A stretch of DNA of 64,000 nucleotides from positions 1,856,001 to 1,920,000 of the forward strand of contig CAWBWI010000001.1 in the NCBI GenBank assembly GCA_963792585.1. The letters are read 5' to 3'. Under the pieces are notes generated by a model. That model was not told the DNA's origin, made no database searches, and saw nothing but the letters and a program-made list of their open reading frames with translations. Positions 1-10,384 of this stretch are shown here, in pieces. The DNA comes from Candidatus Eiseniibacteriota bacterium (GTDB lineage: Bacteria; Eisenbacteria; RBG-16-71-46; CAIMUX01; VGJL01). Within the stretch, counting starts at the first letter, position 1. Every line of letters begins with the position of its first letter. The translations under genes and the position numbers were made by a program.

Positions 1-180
1 CCGCGCGGCGAATCCGGTCCGTTCAAGATTCCCCTGGCACCGGGCCTCCACCACTTCCGCTGTGTGAACGAAGCGAATGGAACGGACGTGCTGTTGAGTC
101 GCGATCTGCCATCCGGGGACACATCGACGATACTCATCCTCGATTGGCAGAACAGGCGAATAACCGCCCGGAGACCGTGA
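1..180 (+). CDS. 3' end of a gene entering the window; C-terminal PEGA-like beta-sandwich
   Basis: Frame 1 is open to TGA at 178-180: PRGESGPFKIPLAPGLHHFRCVNEANG...ILILDW, a PEGA-like 'P..I.L.PG.H' pattern. Confidence 0.55.
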   Translation, partial: PRGESGPFKIPLAPGLHHFRCVNEANGTDVLLSRDLPSGDTSTILILDWQNRRITARRP

Positions 181-373
181 GCCTCCGTCTAGCCTGAAGG
201 CCATGGGAGTGACGGGGTGATTCCGCCGGCACTCGGGAATCAGTGCTGCGAGGCGGTGGCGGTTTGCCTCATACTCCCCAGTTGGCCGCAGGCAAACGAG
301 AATAGACGCAGAGACCATTCACTGCTGCTTGAATCGATGAGCCCGGCCCCCGCCCGGCTCCGAGAGGAATTCC

Positions 374-1543
374 ATGAAATCGATCTCCATTCCCGGCATG
401 GTACAAAGGACCCGGAACTCTCGATGCACCTTTTCCTCCGGCCCCCAACGCGCTCTTCCACGTCGTTCCTCCGGCGTGACACTCGCCATCATGGGGTTCT
501 GCGCCCTGGCGGCCATGTTCTTCGCGCCATCCTCCGCGGTGGGGCAGGGCGCTGGTGGCGCCTCAGCCGAGAAAGTCTGCGACGCCTACTGGGCGCAGCA
601 GTACGATGCCGCGCTAAAGATCGCTGCGCAAATTCTGGCCGGCTCTCAGACCGCGACTCCCGAGAAGATCGAAACCTACAAGTGCCAGGCGTGCACTTAC
701 GTCGCGAAGCGCCAGATGACTCCCGCCAGGGCCTCCATCTCCGGAATGCTGGTCGCGGACCCATCGGCGAGATTCACCCCCCCGTATACGTATCCTCCCC
801 CGGTGCTCGAACTCTACAACACGGTCCGGGACAGCATGCATGCCGACAACATGGACATCAGGACCATCGCTGTCGGTGACTTCGAGGACAACTCGCCCTA
901 CAAGGGCAAGTTCAAGGATTACGACTTTTCCATGCTCCGCCTTGCCCTCGTTCACACGGTGATGGCCGACCTGGCGGAAGCGACCCCGCTCAAGATCGTG
1001 GATCGCCAACGCACAGAACAGCTCGTCAAGGAGATCCAGCTCGGTCAGTCGGGGTTCGCGGACCCTGCGCAGTCCGTTCGATTCGGGCAGCTACTTGGAG
1101 CGCAGACGTTCATCTTCGGGCAGTTCATGGTCCTTACGAAAGACAAAATCCGAATCGACGCGCGTGTCGTCCACACGGCCACGGGCCAGGTGATCCTCAC
1201 GAGGCAAGTTACCGGCGAATTCAGTGGTGACCCCGAGAAGTTTCTCGCCCTGGAGCGGGACCTCGTGAACGCGCTCGCATCCGGAATTGACCAGATCCTG
1301 GCGGAGGGCGGGGACAAGATCGAGCTGGATCAGATGACTGGCAATTACTTCGAAGCCAAGCGGGCGTCGATCAAGGGGCGGGAGAAGTACGTCGAGAGCA
1401 AGTTCAAGACCGCTGAAGCGCTCGAACTCGAGGACAAGGGCGACTACAGGGCCGCAAAGACCGCGTGGAAGCAGGTCTTGGAGATGGACCCCGGGAACGA
1501 GGTCGCCGGTCAGAGACTTCGGGCATTGAACACAATGGGCTAA
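374..1543 (+). CDS. CsgG/HfaB-family protein with N- and C-terminal TPR-like helices
   Basis: Signal-like N-terminus; 'TIAVGDFED...KIVDR...EIQLGQSG...GQLLGAQTFIFG...RIDARVVHTATG' is the CsgG/FlgO-type fold pattern; C-terminal 'WKQVLEMDPGN' TPR. True start may be later (MGFC, 490). Confidence 0.75.
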   Translation: MKSISIPGMVQRTRNSRCTFSSGPQRALPRRSSGVTLAIMGFCALAAMFFAPSSAVGQGAGGASAEKVCDAYWAQQYDAALKIAAQILAGSQTATPEKIETYKCQACTYVAKRQMTPARASISGMLVADPSARFTPPYTYPPPVLELYNTVRDSMHADNMDIRTIAVGDFEDNSPYKGKFKDYDFSMLRLALVHTVMADLAEATPLKIVDRQRTEQLVKEIQLGQSGFADPAQSVRFGQLLGAQTFIFGQFMVLTKDKIRIDARVVHTATGQVILTRQVTGEFSGDPEKFLALERDLVNALASGIDQILAEGGDKIELDQMTGNYFEAKRASIKGREKYVESKFKTAEALELEDKGDYRAAKTAWKQVLEMDPGNEVAGQRLRALNTMG

Positions 1544-1585
1544 GAAATACCTTGTGGCCGAAGCAGCGGCCGTCGTGCTCAGCCG

Positions 1586-4500
1586 TCACGGAATGTACAG
1601 CCAGACCTCGAGTCGACTTGGTCCGGGCCCGAGATGGTAGAGCCATCCCGTTTCGGGATCGACGACGAGAAACCCGTCCGTAGCCGGAGGATCCGTTACG
1701 TTCCTCTCGCCGCCTGGGTCGAGAACCGTCCAGGTCGCCGTCAGGTCCGAGATATCGGCCACGTGAAGGTCGTTCATCGGGGTGCCGTTGTCGTTGAATC
1801 CTCCCAACACGTAGAACCTGCTCCGGGCGAAGTCGGATGCGCAGTCCGCCTCGTAACGCGCGTCAGGGGCCAGCACTTCCCCCCTCAGTCTTGCGCCGCT
1901 CACTCCCGTCTTCCCGCCAGCCAATGTGAAGAGGTAGAAGTCATTGAACGGACCGGTCTCATCCCGCCCTCCCCATAAGAGGAACTGGCTCGGGCCCCAG
2001 GAGTCCATCCCGTGACCCGCGCGCGCGCCAGGTAGGTCCTCCGGTGGAGAGGTGATGGGAACGCAATGCTCCTCGGAGTCTTGCCAGTAGGTTCGGTACT
2101 CCTGCACATAGGTCGGCTCGGGGAAGCTGTGATATTGCCAGCCGCCGAACGCGTAGAAGCGCTGGGTTCCAGATAACCAGGCTGCACCGGTTCCCTCTTT
2201 CGACGAGAATTCTGGACCATAGTCTCCCTGGCAGATCCAGCTCCAGTTGCTCGTACCCCGGTCGAGGAACCAACCGCCACCATCATCTGGCCATGGGCTA
2301 CCGCCATCCATGAAGGCGATTCTGCGCCCGGGATCATAGGCCATGCTCGCCCGATAACGGCCCCCGATCGATGGGGAGGACGAGTACTGCTGCTCAATCC
2401 ATGTGGAGTCCGCAATCCTGAACAACCACATGTCTGAGAGAGTGTCGGGACTACTCCCCTTTCCGCCGAAGATCAGGATTCCTCGCTGCTCCGGAATCCA
2501 TGCTCCGGCGTGGCCGTTGCGGGCGGATGGCGATTGGCCCTGCACGGCGATGGGACGCCACCCAGAGGTGGTTGCATCGGCTCGGTTCGAAAACCCCGAT
2601 GGGCCGGCCAGGTTGAGAGCCCGTACCCTGTATGCGTAGGCGCGCGCGGGCAGGATATCCGGATCGAAGTAGGAGACGACATTGCCGGGTCGCGTCGCGA
2701 TCGCAGTGAAATCTTGGTCTTGCGTACGGCGGCGTTGGATTTCGTAGCTGCTCACGACGCCCTCCGACTGATCCCACTCGAGCACGACTCCGGGTGGGTC
2801 CTGAGCATCGTAGGTCGCCCGAAGCCCGCCGGGAGGACTTGGCGGAAGTAGGTCGGTCGAAACCTGTGAGGTGCGCCAACCGGACCCAACCGTGTCGCCC
2901 CCGCAGGCTATGCGATCGATCACCTTCACGCGATATCCGTACCGCAAGTTGATCTGGATCCCGGAGTCCACCGCACCGCGCGTGGAACCATCGAATGGAC
3001 TCCCAGGAAGGGCGATCCAAGCGTCTCCATCGTCGAGCGCGCGCCTCTCGACGTCGAAGTGATCCGGATCGGACCCTCCGAGACTCCAGGCAAGATTCAC
3101 CTGAGGCACGAAAGGATCGAAGGCTGCATCAAGCGAGGTGGTCGGCGGAGGGGGTGTTGCGCCGGCAATCAGAGCGTACGCGGAGAGGTCACCGGAATCC
3201 TCTGCGTAGATCCGGAACTCGTAGGTGGTGCGCTGGTCGAGCCCCGTCAATACAATCCTCTTAGTCCCGCCGGGCGTCGGCGTGGCCCCTTCCCAGTCAA
3301 TCTGGCCACAGATGCGCCTATCCACGTAAAACCAGTCCGGAGGGTCCTCCTCATAGTTCCAGGATAGGTCGATGGACGTGACTCCCAAGACCGACGTCGT
3401 CAGATCGAAGGGCACGGGCGGCCATGTGCGATCCGTCGCGATGTTCGATGGATCTGAACTCACCCCAAGTGCGCTGACCGCACGAATCCGGAACGCGTAT
3501 TCGGTCCGCGACCGGAGCTCGACGGAGTCGATAAACTCCTCGATGTTCGCCCCCACCGCACCGATGAAGCCGAATTCGCCTTGACCCTGCCGGCGTTCGA
3601 TCTCAAAACGCTCCTCGTTGGAGGATTGATCCGTCCATGTGAGACGAATCCGATCCGATCCCTCGGCGGTTGCGAGGAGCCCGGCCGGTGTCGGGGGTAT
3701 CCCGAGCCCCACCGTGATCGTCACCGGGCTGGAACGCTTCGACCACACTTCAGCGATGGCCGCGTCGATGGCATAGGCATAGGTGCTGCTCCGGCTCACC
3801 TCCCCATCAAAGCAAGTGCGTTCGGATCCATCGAGACTCTGGATCCGCACCCAGGCGCCTCCGGCTGTCACGTCACGCCTCCAAACCCTGAACTGAGTAG
3901 GCTCAATCGACGGGTAGCGCCACGTCAGGAAGACTCCCGATCGAGTCGAATCTCTGGCCGACAAACCAGAAGGCCTCGGGGGAAGAGTCATCACGGAGAG
4001 TGGCCCGGCGGGCTGGGACTCGACCCCCTCAGAGCTAGCCCGCACCTGATAGAAGTATTCGGTCAGCGAATCCAGACTCGCATCGGAAAAGCTCGACTCC
4101 GATCCGTCGACGGAATCTGCCACAGCGAATCCCTGCTGGTCGAATCGCCTCCGCTCGATCTTGAAGCGATTGGGCCGGGAACTCCCGTATTCCCAACTGA
4201 CGCGCACGGAGTCCTCGGAGAGTGCAAGAAGCGCCAGATTCGTTGGCGGGGCTGGGGCCGTCGCGCCGAGTGGCACCCCGATCGAATCGCTCAACGCACC
4301 CCTGTAGTAGGCGTTTTGCGCGAATACCCTGTGGATGACCCGTCCGGTAAGCGCGCCTGAAAGGTCGGGGGGGAAGAGGGCAAAGCTCGCGCCGACTTGG
4401 ATGTCGTCAGTCTCCCCTCCGGGGAGAAAACGCCGGACCACGTACGACTCGGCTGCCGCGACCGCGGTCCAATCCAAGCGATAGCCCTGGACGATGCTCC

Positions 4501-5005
4501 CGCTCGCTCGCAGGCCTCGGGGATAGAATGGGGTGAGAATGATCGATATCGTTGTCTGACCCCCCTCGGAAACGGAAAACGGCGTTATGCTCTGCCCGTA
4601 GAAGAGAACGCCGTCTTCGGGAACTGCCACTTCATCGACAACCGAGCCGGACGCGGCCACCTCCACCGCCGTGTTCTCGCCGGCAGAGACGACTGTCTCG
4701 ATTCGAAATGTCGATTGCCCCGGCTCGATGTCCGCCCCCGCCTGCGCGAGCAGATGTTCCGCGTCGTCGACGATTCGGTGGACCTGGAGATCAACACGGC
4801 GGATTTGCGGTGCGAGGGACTTCCCCGGCGGCCGAGTCGCTTCGACCGAATCCGGTCCGAACTGCAGAAGAACCCGAAGGGCGCCCCCGTCTTGCGGGCG
4901 CACCGGCGTATCATCCTGACATGATGCACACACCAAGAGCGCCACGAGGACCCCTGCGAAGCAGGCCCCCGTCCCGGGCCGGGTGAGGTCGAATTGTCTC
5001 ATCAT
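1586..5005 (-). CDS. Large lipoprotein with multiple Fn3 domains and a C-terminal Kelch beta-propeller
   Basis: Lipobox-like LVCASC; about 6-7 Fn3 repeats (e.g. IRLTWTDQSSNEERFEIERR...YAFRIRAV); Kelch motifs (PSARNGHA, IFGG, LPGARAGH); start moved to MMRQF with GAGG RBS. Confidence 0.85.
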   Translation of the reverse strand: MMRQFDLTRPGTGACFAGVLVALLVCASCQDDTPVRPQDGGALRVLLQFGPDSVEATRPPGKSLAPQIRRVDLQVHRIVDDAEHLLAQAGADIEPGQSTFRIETVVSAGENTAVEVAASGSVVDEVAVPEDGVLFYGQSITPFSVSEGGQTTISIILTPFYPRGLRASGSIVQGYRLDWTAVAAAESYVVRRFLPGGETDDIQVGASFALFPPDLSGALTGRVIHRVFAQNAYYRGALSDSIGVPLGATAPAPPTNLALLALSEDSVRVSWEYGSSRPNRFKIERRRFDQQGFAVADSVDGSESSFSDASLDSLTEYFYQVRASSEGVESQPAGPLSVMTLPPRPSGLSARDSTRSGVFLTWRYPSIEPTQFRVWRRDVTAGGAWVRIQSLDGSERTCFDGEVSRSSTYAYAIDAAIAEVWSKRSSPVTITVGLGIPPTPAGLLATAEGSDRIRLTWTDQSSNEERFEIERRQGQGEFGFIGAVGANIEEFIDSVELRSRTEYAFRIRAVSALGVSSDPSNIATDRTWPPVPFDLTTSVLGVTSIDLSWNYEEDPPDWFYVDRRICGQIDWEGATPTPGGTKRIVLTGLDQRTTYEFRIYAEDSGDLSAYALIAGATPPPPTTSLDAAFDPFVPQVNLAWSLGGSDPDHFDVERRALDDGDAWIALPGSPFDGSTRGAVDSGIQINLRYGYRVKVIDRIACGGDTVGSGWRTSQVSTDLLPPSPPGGLRATYDAQDPPGVVLEWDQSEGVVSSYEIQRRRTQDQDFTAIATRPGNVVSYFDPDILPARAYAYRVRALNLAGPSGFSNRADATTSGWRPIAVQGQSPSARNGHAGAWIPEQRGILIFGGKGSSPDTLSDMWLFRIADSTWIEQQYSSSPSIGGRYRASMAYDPGRRIAFMDGGSPWPDDGGGWFLDRGTSNWSWICQGDYGPEFSSKEGTGAAWLSGTQRFYAFGGWQYHSFPEPTYVQEYRTYWQDSEEHCVPITSPPEDLPGARAGHGMDSWGPSQFLLWGGRDETGPFNDFYLFTLAGGKTGVSGARLRGEVLAPDARYEADCASDFARSRFYVLGGFNDNGTPMNDLHVADISDLTATWTVLDPGGERNVTDPPATDGFLVVDPETGWLYHLGPGPSRLEVWLYIP

Positions 5006-5504
5006 TGACCTCTGTGCAACTTGACCTTCCGGTCGCGCGGAGAACGCACCAGGTTCACCGCACGCATCCTCGACAATCTCACCCCGACCCCTGTCCGGGT
5101 TCGGATTCAGGATCGCCACGGGAGTCTTCCTCCCCCGGGCCGGAAGGACGAACCCAGGAGGATACAGGATATCGGTCGCTGGAGCGACCAGAGGTTCGCC
5201 GCCGTGGGGAGGTCCCGATTGTTCGCCTCACGATTCCCGACGGCCGGGACGGAGGCGGACCTGACAACGCCGCTATCCGCGGACAATTCCATGGAGGGCG
5301 GGGTCCGCCAAGATTGGAGTCTCATGTGAAGAACGTCCGGTTGTTGACTTTGTACGCTCCGCCGTCAATCATCGACTGGCCAGAGTGAGATCGGCCTTTC
5401 CAGGAACAGGGCGAATCGTAGGCGATCCAAGAAACGAAGCGACAATGTGAGCCGGGATTAGCCGCACCCGACCGTGCCATGGATTACCAGGCAGGAGACG
5501 GAAC

Positions 5505-8500
5505 ATGCACCCCCGGCGTCGATGGAAGTTGCGACCTCCGGTGTTACGGCCCAGCAGTCGTCCGCATGATGAGATTCCGCCCGCTCCGAGGGGCCGATCA
5601 GGCCAGAGAACGCGGCATGTCTGGTGGCCCCTTGAAGGCATTTGCCTGCTCCTGATGGTCGGTTGCACAGCGGAACCCACCTCCCCTCGAAACGACGGGC
5701 GTGCCGCGTTGCGCGTCCATGCCACCTTTCAGGTGGCTCCGGGTCCCTCGCTGGATGAATCGACGAACACGGGTCAAACGGTCTCCACTCCTGGTCAGAA
5801 CGGACTCCTTCCCGACACTTCCTACCGGATCAATGGGGTGCATGCGCTGGCCCTTGAGTCCGTCGCAGACCGGCCAGAGTCTCTGCGGGCCGAGGCATCG
5901 ACTACCGTGCCCGATGGCGCTACCCGTTTTCGGCTCGTCCTTGAAGTGCCTCCGGCGGATCGGTATCGGGTGCAGGTCGACGCGCAAGGAACGCGCCGCC
6001 TCCCGAGCGGCAGCGAGAGTGAGTTCGGGAAGCTGTTCCTTGGGGATGCTCTCGTCCAGTCGGTCACGCCAGGATCTTCCCAGGACCTGGAGGTCGTGTT
6101 GAGGGATATCGTCCCGATGCTTTCCGTGGAGGTCACCAGGGATCAGTATCGCCTCCTCTGGACAGCCGTGGAGGGGGCTCAGCGATACTGGCTGAGAGAG
6201 ACCCTGGATGACGCCCCTGCGCGTCAGTTCGCCTCCACTGGCACGGACACTCTGATGCACTTTCCGATTTCCATGATGAGGGCCCTGAACCGACGGTCAG
6301 ATGAAAAGGGCCAGCTGATCTACAGAGTCAGGTCCGAGACCGGTGGCGGGGTCATGAGTGCATTCAGCGAGAGCGTGGATGTCTCGGTTCCCCTGCCCAC
6401 AGGTGCTTGCTGCATCGGAGATGGAGATTGCACCGTTCAGACTGAGGATGCCTGCGCGACCCAGGGTGGGATCTACGACGACACCGTCACAACCTGCGAC
6501 CCGAATCCCTGCCCTCTACCGCAGGCCTGTTGCTACCCCGACGACCACTGCGAGTTCGTGACCGTTGAGGACTGTAGTGATTCTGATGGTTCGCCGCAGG
6601 GCGTCGGCACAACCTGCGACCCGAATCCCTGCCCACAGCCTCAGGCGTGCTGCCTCCCCGACGGTCTATGCGAGTTACTGATCGTTGAGATCTGCGTTGC
6701 CTCTGGTGGCACGCCGCACGGCCCCGACACAAACTGCGACCCGAATCCCTGCCCACAGCCTCAGGCGTGCTGCTTCGAAGACGGTCAATGCGAGTTCGTG
6801 AACGTGGAGGACTGCACTGCTTCGAATGGTTCGCCGCAGGGCGCCGGCACGAACTGCGACCCGAATCCATGCCCGCTGTCTCAGGCTTGCTGCTTCCCCG
6901 ACGATCACTGCGAGTTCGTTACCGTTGAGGACTGCACTGCTTCGAATGGTTCGCCGCAGGGCGCCGGCACGAACTGCGACCCGAATCCATGCCCGCTGCC
7001 TCAGGCTTGCTGCTTCCCCGACGATCACTGCGAGTTCGTCACCGTTGAGGACTGCACTGCTTCGAATGGTTCGCCGCAGGGCGCCGGCACGAACTGCGAC
7101 CCGAATCCATGCCCGCTGCCTCAGGCTTGCTGCTTCCCCGACGATCACTGCGAGTTCGTCACCGTTGAAACCTGCAATGCTTCTGCTGGCACGCCGCACG
7201 GCCCCGGCACGAACTGCGACCCGAATCCATGCCCGCTGTCTCAGGCTTGCTGCTTCCCCGACGATCACTGCGAGTTCGTTACCGTTGAGGACTGCACTGC
7301 TTCGAATGGTTCGCCGCAGGGCGCCGGCACGAACTGCGACCCGAATCCATGCCCGCTGCCTCAGGCTTGCTGCTTCCCCGACGATCACTGCGAGTTCGTC
7401 ACCGTTGAAACCTGCAATGCTTCTGGTGGCACGCCGCACGGCCCCGGCACGAACTGCGACCCGAATCCCTGCCCACAGCCTCAGGCTTGCTGCTTCCCGG
7501 ACGGTCACTGCGAGTTCGTCACCGTTGAGGGCTGTAATGCTCTTGATGGTTCGCCGCAGGGCACCGGCACAACCTGCGACCCGAATCCCTGCCCGCAGCC
7601 TCAGGCTTGCTGCTTCCCCGACGATCACTGCGAGTTCGTCACCGTTGAAACCTGCAATGCCTTCGGTGGTTCGTCTCAAGGCGTCGGCGCAATCTGCGAC
7701 CCGAACCCTTGCCTTCTGCCTCTGGCCTGTTGCTTCCCCGACGATCATTGCGAGTTCGTCACCCTTGAGAGCTGCACTACTTCGGATGGTTCGCCGCAAG
7801 GCGTCGGCACAACCTGCGACCCGAATCCCTGCCCGCTGCCTCAGGCTTGCTGCCTCCCCGACGATCATTGCGAGTTTGTCACCCTTGAGAGCTGCACTAC
7901 TTCGGATGGTTCGCCGCAAGGCGTCGGCACAACCTGCGACCCGAATCCCTGCCCGCTGCCTCAGGCTTGCTGCCTCCCCGACGATCATTGCGAGTTCGTC
8001 ACCCTTGAGAGCTGCACTACTTCGGATGGTTCGCCGCAAGGCGTCGGCACAACCTGCGACCCGAATCCCTGCCCGCTGCCTCAGGCCTGCTGCTTCCCCG
8101 ACAATCACTGCGAGGATGTGACCGTTGAGACCTGCGATGCTACGGGTGGTACGCCACGCGGCCCTGGCACGAATTGCGTCTCGAATCCTTGCCTACCACC
8201 TGTCGGCGCCTGCTGCTTCGATGACGGCCAGTGCGCCCCTCGAATCGCGGCTGTCTGCTCCAATCAGGGTGGGGACTACCAGGGCGACCTCACGACTTGC
8301 GACCCGAATCCCTGCCCACCCCCTCAGGCCTGTTGCTTCCCAGACGGTCACTGCTTGTTCGTGACCGTTGAGGCCTGTAGTACCGCTGGTGGTTCGCCGC
8401 ACGGCCCCGGCACGAACTGCAACCCGAATCTCTGCCCACAACCGCCGCCCACGGGCGCTTGCTGCTTTGACGACGGTCATTGCGCCCCTCTCACCGAGGC

Positions 8501-9233
8501 CGTCTGCTCGAATCAAGGTGGGAACTACCTGGCCGACTTCACGACTTGCGACCCGAATCCCTGCCCACCCCCTCAGGCCTGTTGCTTCCCAGACGGTCAC
8601 TGCTTGTTCGTGACCGTTGAGGCCTGCAGTACCTCTGGTGGTTCGCCGCGCGGCCCTGGCACGAACTGCAACCCGAATCTCTGCCCACAGCCGCCGCCCA
8701 TGGGCGCTTGCTGCTTCAACGACGGTCATTGCGCCCCTCTCATCGAGGCCGTCTGCTCGACTCAGGGTGGGAACTACCTGGCCGACTTCACGACTTGCGA
8801 CCCGAATCCATGCCCACCCCCTCAGGCCTGTTGCTTCCCAGACGGTCACTGCTTGTTCGTGACCGCTGAGGCCTGCAGTACCTCTGGTGGTTCGCCGCGC
8901 GGCCCTGGCACGAACTGCAACCCGAATCTCTGCCCGCAGCCGCTGACCGGCGCCTGCTGTATCAACGACTCCTGTGTGATCACAACCCAGGCGAACTGTG
9001 AAGCGCAGGGTGGGTTGTACCAAGGTCCTTTCACGGACTGTGGCCCCCAAACCTGCTTGCCGACCGGTGCCTGCTGCCGCTTCGGCAGTTTCTGCGACAT
9101 CAGGACCGAACCAGATTGCGCAGGAGTAGGAGGGTTCTATCAGGGCGACTTCTTGCCTTGTGATCCGAATCCATGTCAGGGAGATTCTCTGACTGTGACG
9201 ACACCGCGAAAGACGGATGGACGTTCCAAGTAG
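5505..9233 (+). CDS. Lipoprotein with about 23 tandem 6-Cys repeats (ACC..D..C......C....G...G.GT.CDPNPC)
   Basis: LLMVGC lipobox; N-terminal domain plus Fn3-like segment, then ~40-aa Cys-rich units. Confidence 0.85.
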   Translation: MHPRRRWKLRPPVLRPSSRPHDEIPPAPRGRSGQRTRHVWWPLEGICLLLMVGCTAEPTSPRNDGRAALRVHATFQVAPGPSLDESTNTGQTVSTPGQNGLLPDTSYRINGVHALALESVADRPESLRAEASTTVPDGATRFRLVLEVPPADRYRVQVDAQGTRRLPSGSESEFGKLFLGDALVQSVTPGSSQDLEVVLRDIVPMLSVEVTRDQYRLLWTAVEGAQRYWLRETLDDAPARQFASTGTDTLMHFPISMMRALNRRSDEKGQLIYRVRSETGGGVMSAFSESVDVSVPLPTGACCIGDGDCTVQTEDACATQGGIYDDTVTTCDPNPCPLPQACCYPDDHCEFVTVEDCSDSDGSPQGVGTTCDPNPCPQPQACCLPDGLCELLIVEICVASGGTPHGPDTNCDPNPCPQPQACCFEDGQCEFVNVEDCTASNGSPQGAGTNCDPNPCPLSQACCFPDDHCEFVTVEDCTASNGSPQGAGTNCDPNPCPLPQACCFPDDHCEFVTVEDCTASNGSPQGAGTNCDPNPCPLPQACCFPDDHCEFVTVETCNASAGTPHGPGTNCDPNPCPLSQACCFPDDHCEFVTVEDCTASNGSPQGAGTNCDPNPCPLPQACCFPDDHCEFVTVETCNASGGTPHGPGTNCDPNPCPQPQACCFPDGHCEFVTVEGCNALDGSPQGTGTTCDPNPCPQPQACCFPDDHCEFVTVETCNAFGGSSQGVGAICDPNPCLLPLACCFPDDHCEFVTLESCTTSDGSPQGVGTTCDPNPCPLPQACCLPDDHCEFVTLESCTTSDGSPQGVGTTCDPNPCPLPQACCLPDDHCEFVTLESCTTSDGSPQGVGTTCDPNPCPLPQACCFPDNHCEDVTVETCDATGGTPRGPGTNCVSNPCLPPVGACCFDDGQCAPRIAAVCSNQGGDYQGDLTTCDPNPCPPPQACCFPDGHCLFVTVEACSTAGGSPHGPGTNCNPNLCPQPPPTGACCFDDGHCAPLTEAVCSNQGGNYLADFTTCDPNPCPPPQACCFPDGHCLFVTVEACSTSGGSPRGPGTNCNPNLCPQPPPMGACCFNDGHCAPLIEAVCSTQGGNYLADFTTCDPNPCPPPQACCFPDGHCLFVTAEACSTSGGSPRGPGTNCNPNLCPQPLTGACCINDSCVITTQANCEAQGGLYQGPFTDCGPQTCLPTGACCRFGSFCDIRTEPDCAGVGGFYQGDFLPCDPNPCQGDSLTVTTPRKTDGRSK
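6400..9180 (+). repeat. Intragenic tandem repeat: 15 units of 120 nt, then alternating units with a ~249-nt dimer period
   Basis: Near-identical 120-nt lines at 6841-7440 and 7741-8100; dimer repeats at about 8290-8940. Confidence 0.95.
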
Positions 9234-9577
9234 CGAGCTTACTATCCGGAGTTGCGCCGCCGGTCCCCACGGCGGCACTTCCGGCTACGGGCGGGTCGGG
9301 GGCGAGGGTCGCGCCGATGAGTGCCCCGAGAGGCCGCGCGAACGATGTGCGTCGAAATCCGTCAGCCCATTCACCACCGCTAGGGGCGACTCCCTTTGCA
9401 ACGCTTCGATCCTGCCGTATTGGAGGGGACTTCCTGGGAAGCGGTTCAGTCACGCGAACGGGTTCGGATCGCAGATCAGATGCGACCACGAGGACGGGTT
9501 CTATCCAAGGGGCGCAACGGAAGTGAGACGACCGGCGGGAAGGGTCCCGCCGGTCGCATCCGGGGCTCGATGGGTTC

Positions 9578-10132
9578 CTAGCGGTTCAGGGACTTGATGC
9601 GTCCCCAGGTCCGCCGGATGACCGGGGCGTCGTCCGACACGTCGGCGGGGTTCTGAACGACGTGGATCGTCACGTTCACGCCGCTCTCGATGTGGCCGCT
9701 GCCGTTGTTGTTGCCGAACCATGCGGCCTGCCAGACATAGTCGCCCGGCGTCGCGGGCGCGGTTGCATGGAGCTGAACGGGGAATTCCACCGGATTGCCC
9801 GCGTTGTCATCTCCCTGCCCGGTCGGGCCGGTCGCGCGGGTTAGCTCCTGGTGGCTGGCGTCGTAGAGGATCGCGCGGATCCACCCGCCTTCCGTCCCGC
9901 CGGTGAGCGTGACCACGACTGGAGCGCCCGGATTGTAGCTGGCGTGATCCGCAGATGCCCCCAGCGTGGCCCTGTGGTTATGACAGCCATCGCAGGTCGG
10001 GGCATCGTTGCTGTGACATGAAACGCAGTAGGTGTTGAACCTGCTCGGAAAGGAGGATGCGGTTTGGGAGAAGGCGACGATGAGGAGCGCCGCCAGGCCG
10101 GCACAAACGAGGATGCGACGTACATGTTGCAT
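9578..10132 (-). CDS. Secreted protein with two CxxCH haem-c motifs, a Reeler-like domain and a TWG C-terminal tail
   Basis: Signal peptide; CVSCH and CDGCH; ends RRTWGRIKSLNR; start at MQHVRR with GGAAGGA RBS. Confidence 0.75.
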   Translation of the reverse strand: MQHVRRILVCAGLAALLIVAFSQTASSFPSRFNTYCVSCHSNDAPTCDGCHNHRATLGASADHASYNPGAPVVVTLTGGTEGGWIRAILYDASHQELTRATGPTGQGDDNAGNPVEFPVQLHATAPATPGDYVWQAAWFGNNNGSGHIESGVNVTIHVVQNPADVSDDAPVIRRTWGRIKSLNR

Positions 10133-10384
10133 GAGATGGATCCTTCCAATGCCCCTACGTGTGTGTGACGGAGGTGACCGACTACTCATAGCTGTTGTCG
10201 TCGGCCGCCAACATAATACGATAAACAACTGCACGCGTCAGATTAGTATTTGTTATAGATAAATCCACATGCCCGAACGGGCGATTCGCCGCTTATTCGT
10301 TGTGAATCAATGAGAACCGGTGGAATGAGAGCACTCGTTCAGCGTGCGGATGGAGGAAGCTCTTCCGGTCTACGGAGGCGACTC

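Noticed and set aside
6400..9180. Tandem repeats as a CRISPR array
   Set aside because: The units are in-frame 120-nt coding repeats with no unique spacers, and there are no cas genes.
6675..9278. Long alternative-frame and antisense ORFs over the repeats (also 12417-13730 and the 657-aa extension of 17454-19427)
   Set aside because: These are shadow ORFs of GC-rich or repetitive coding sequence.
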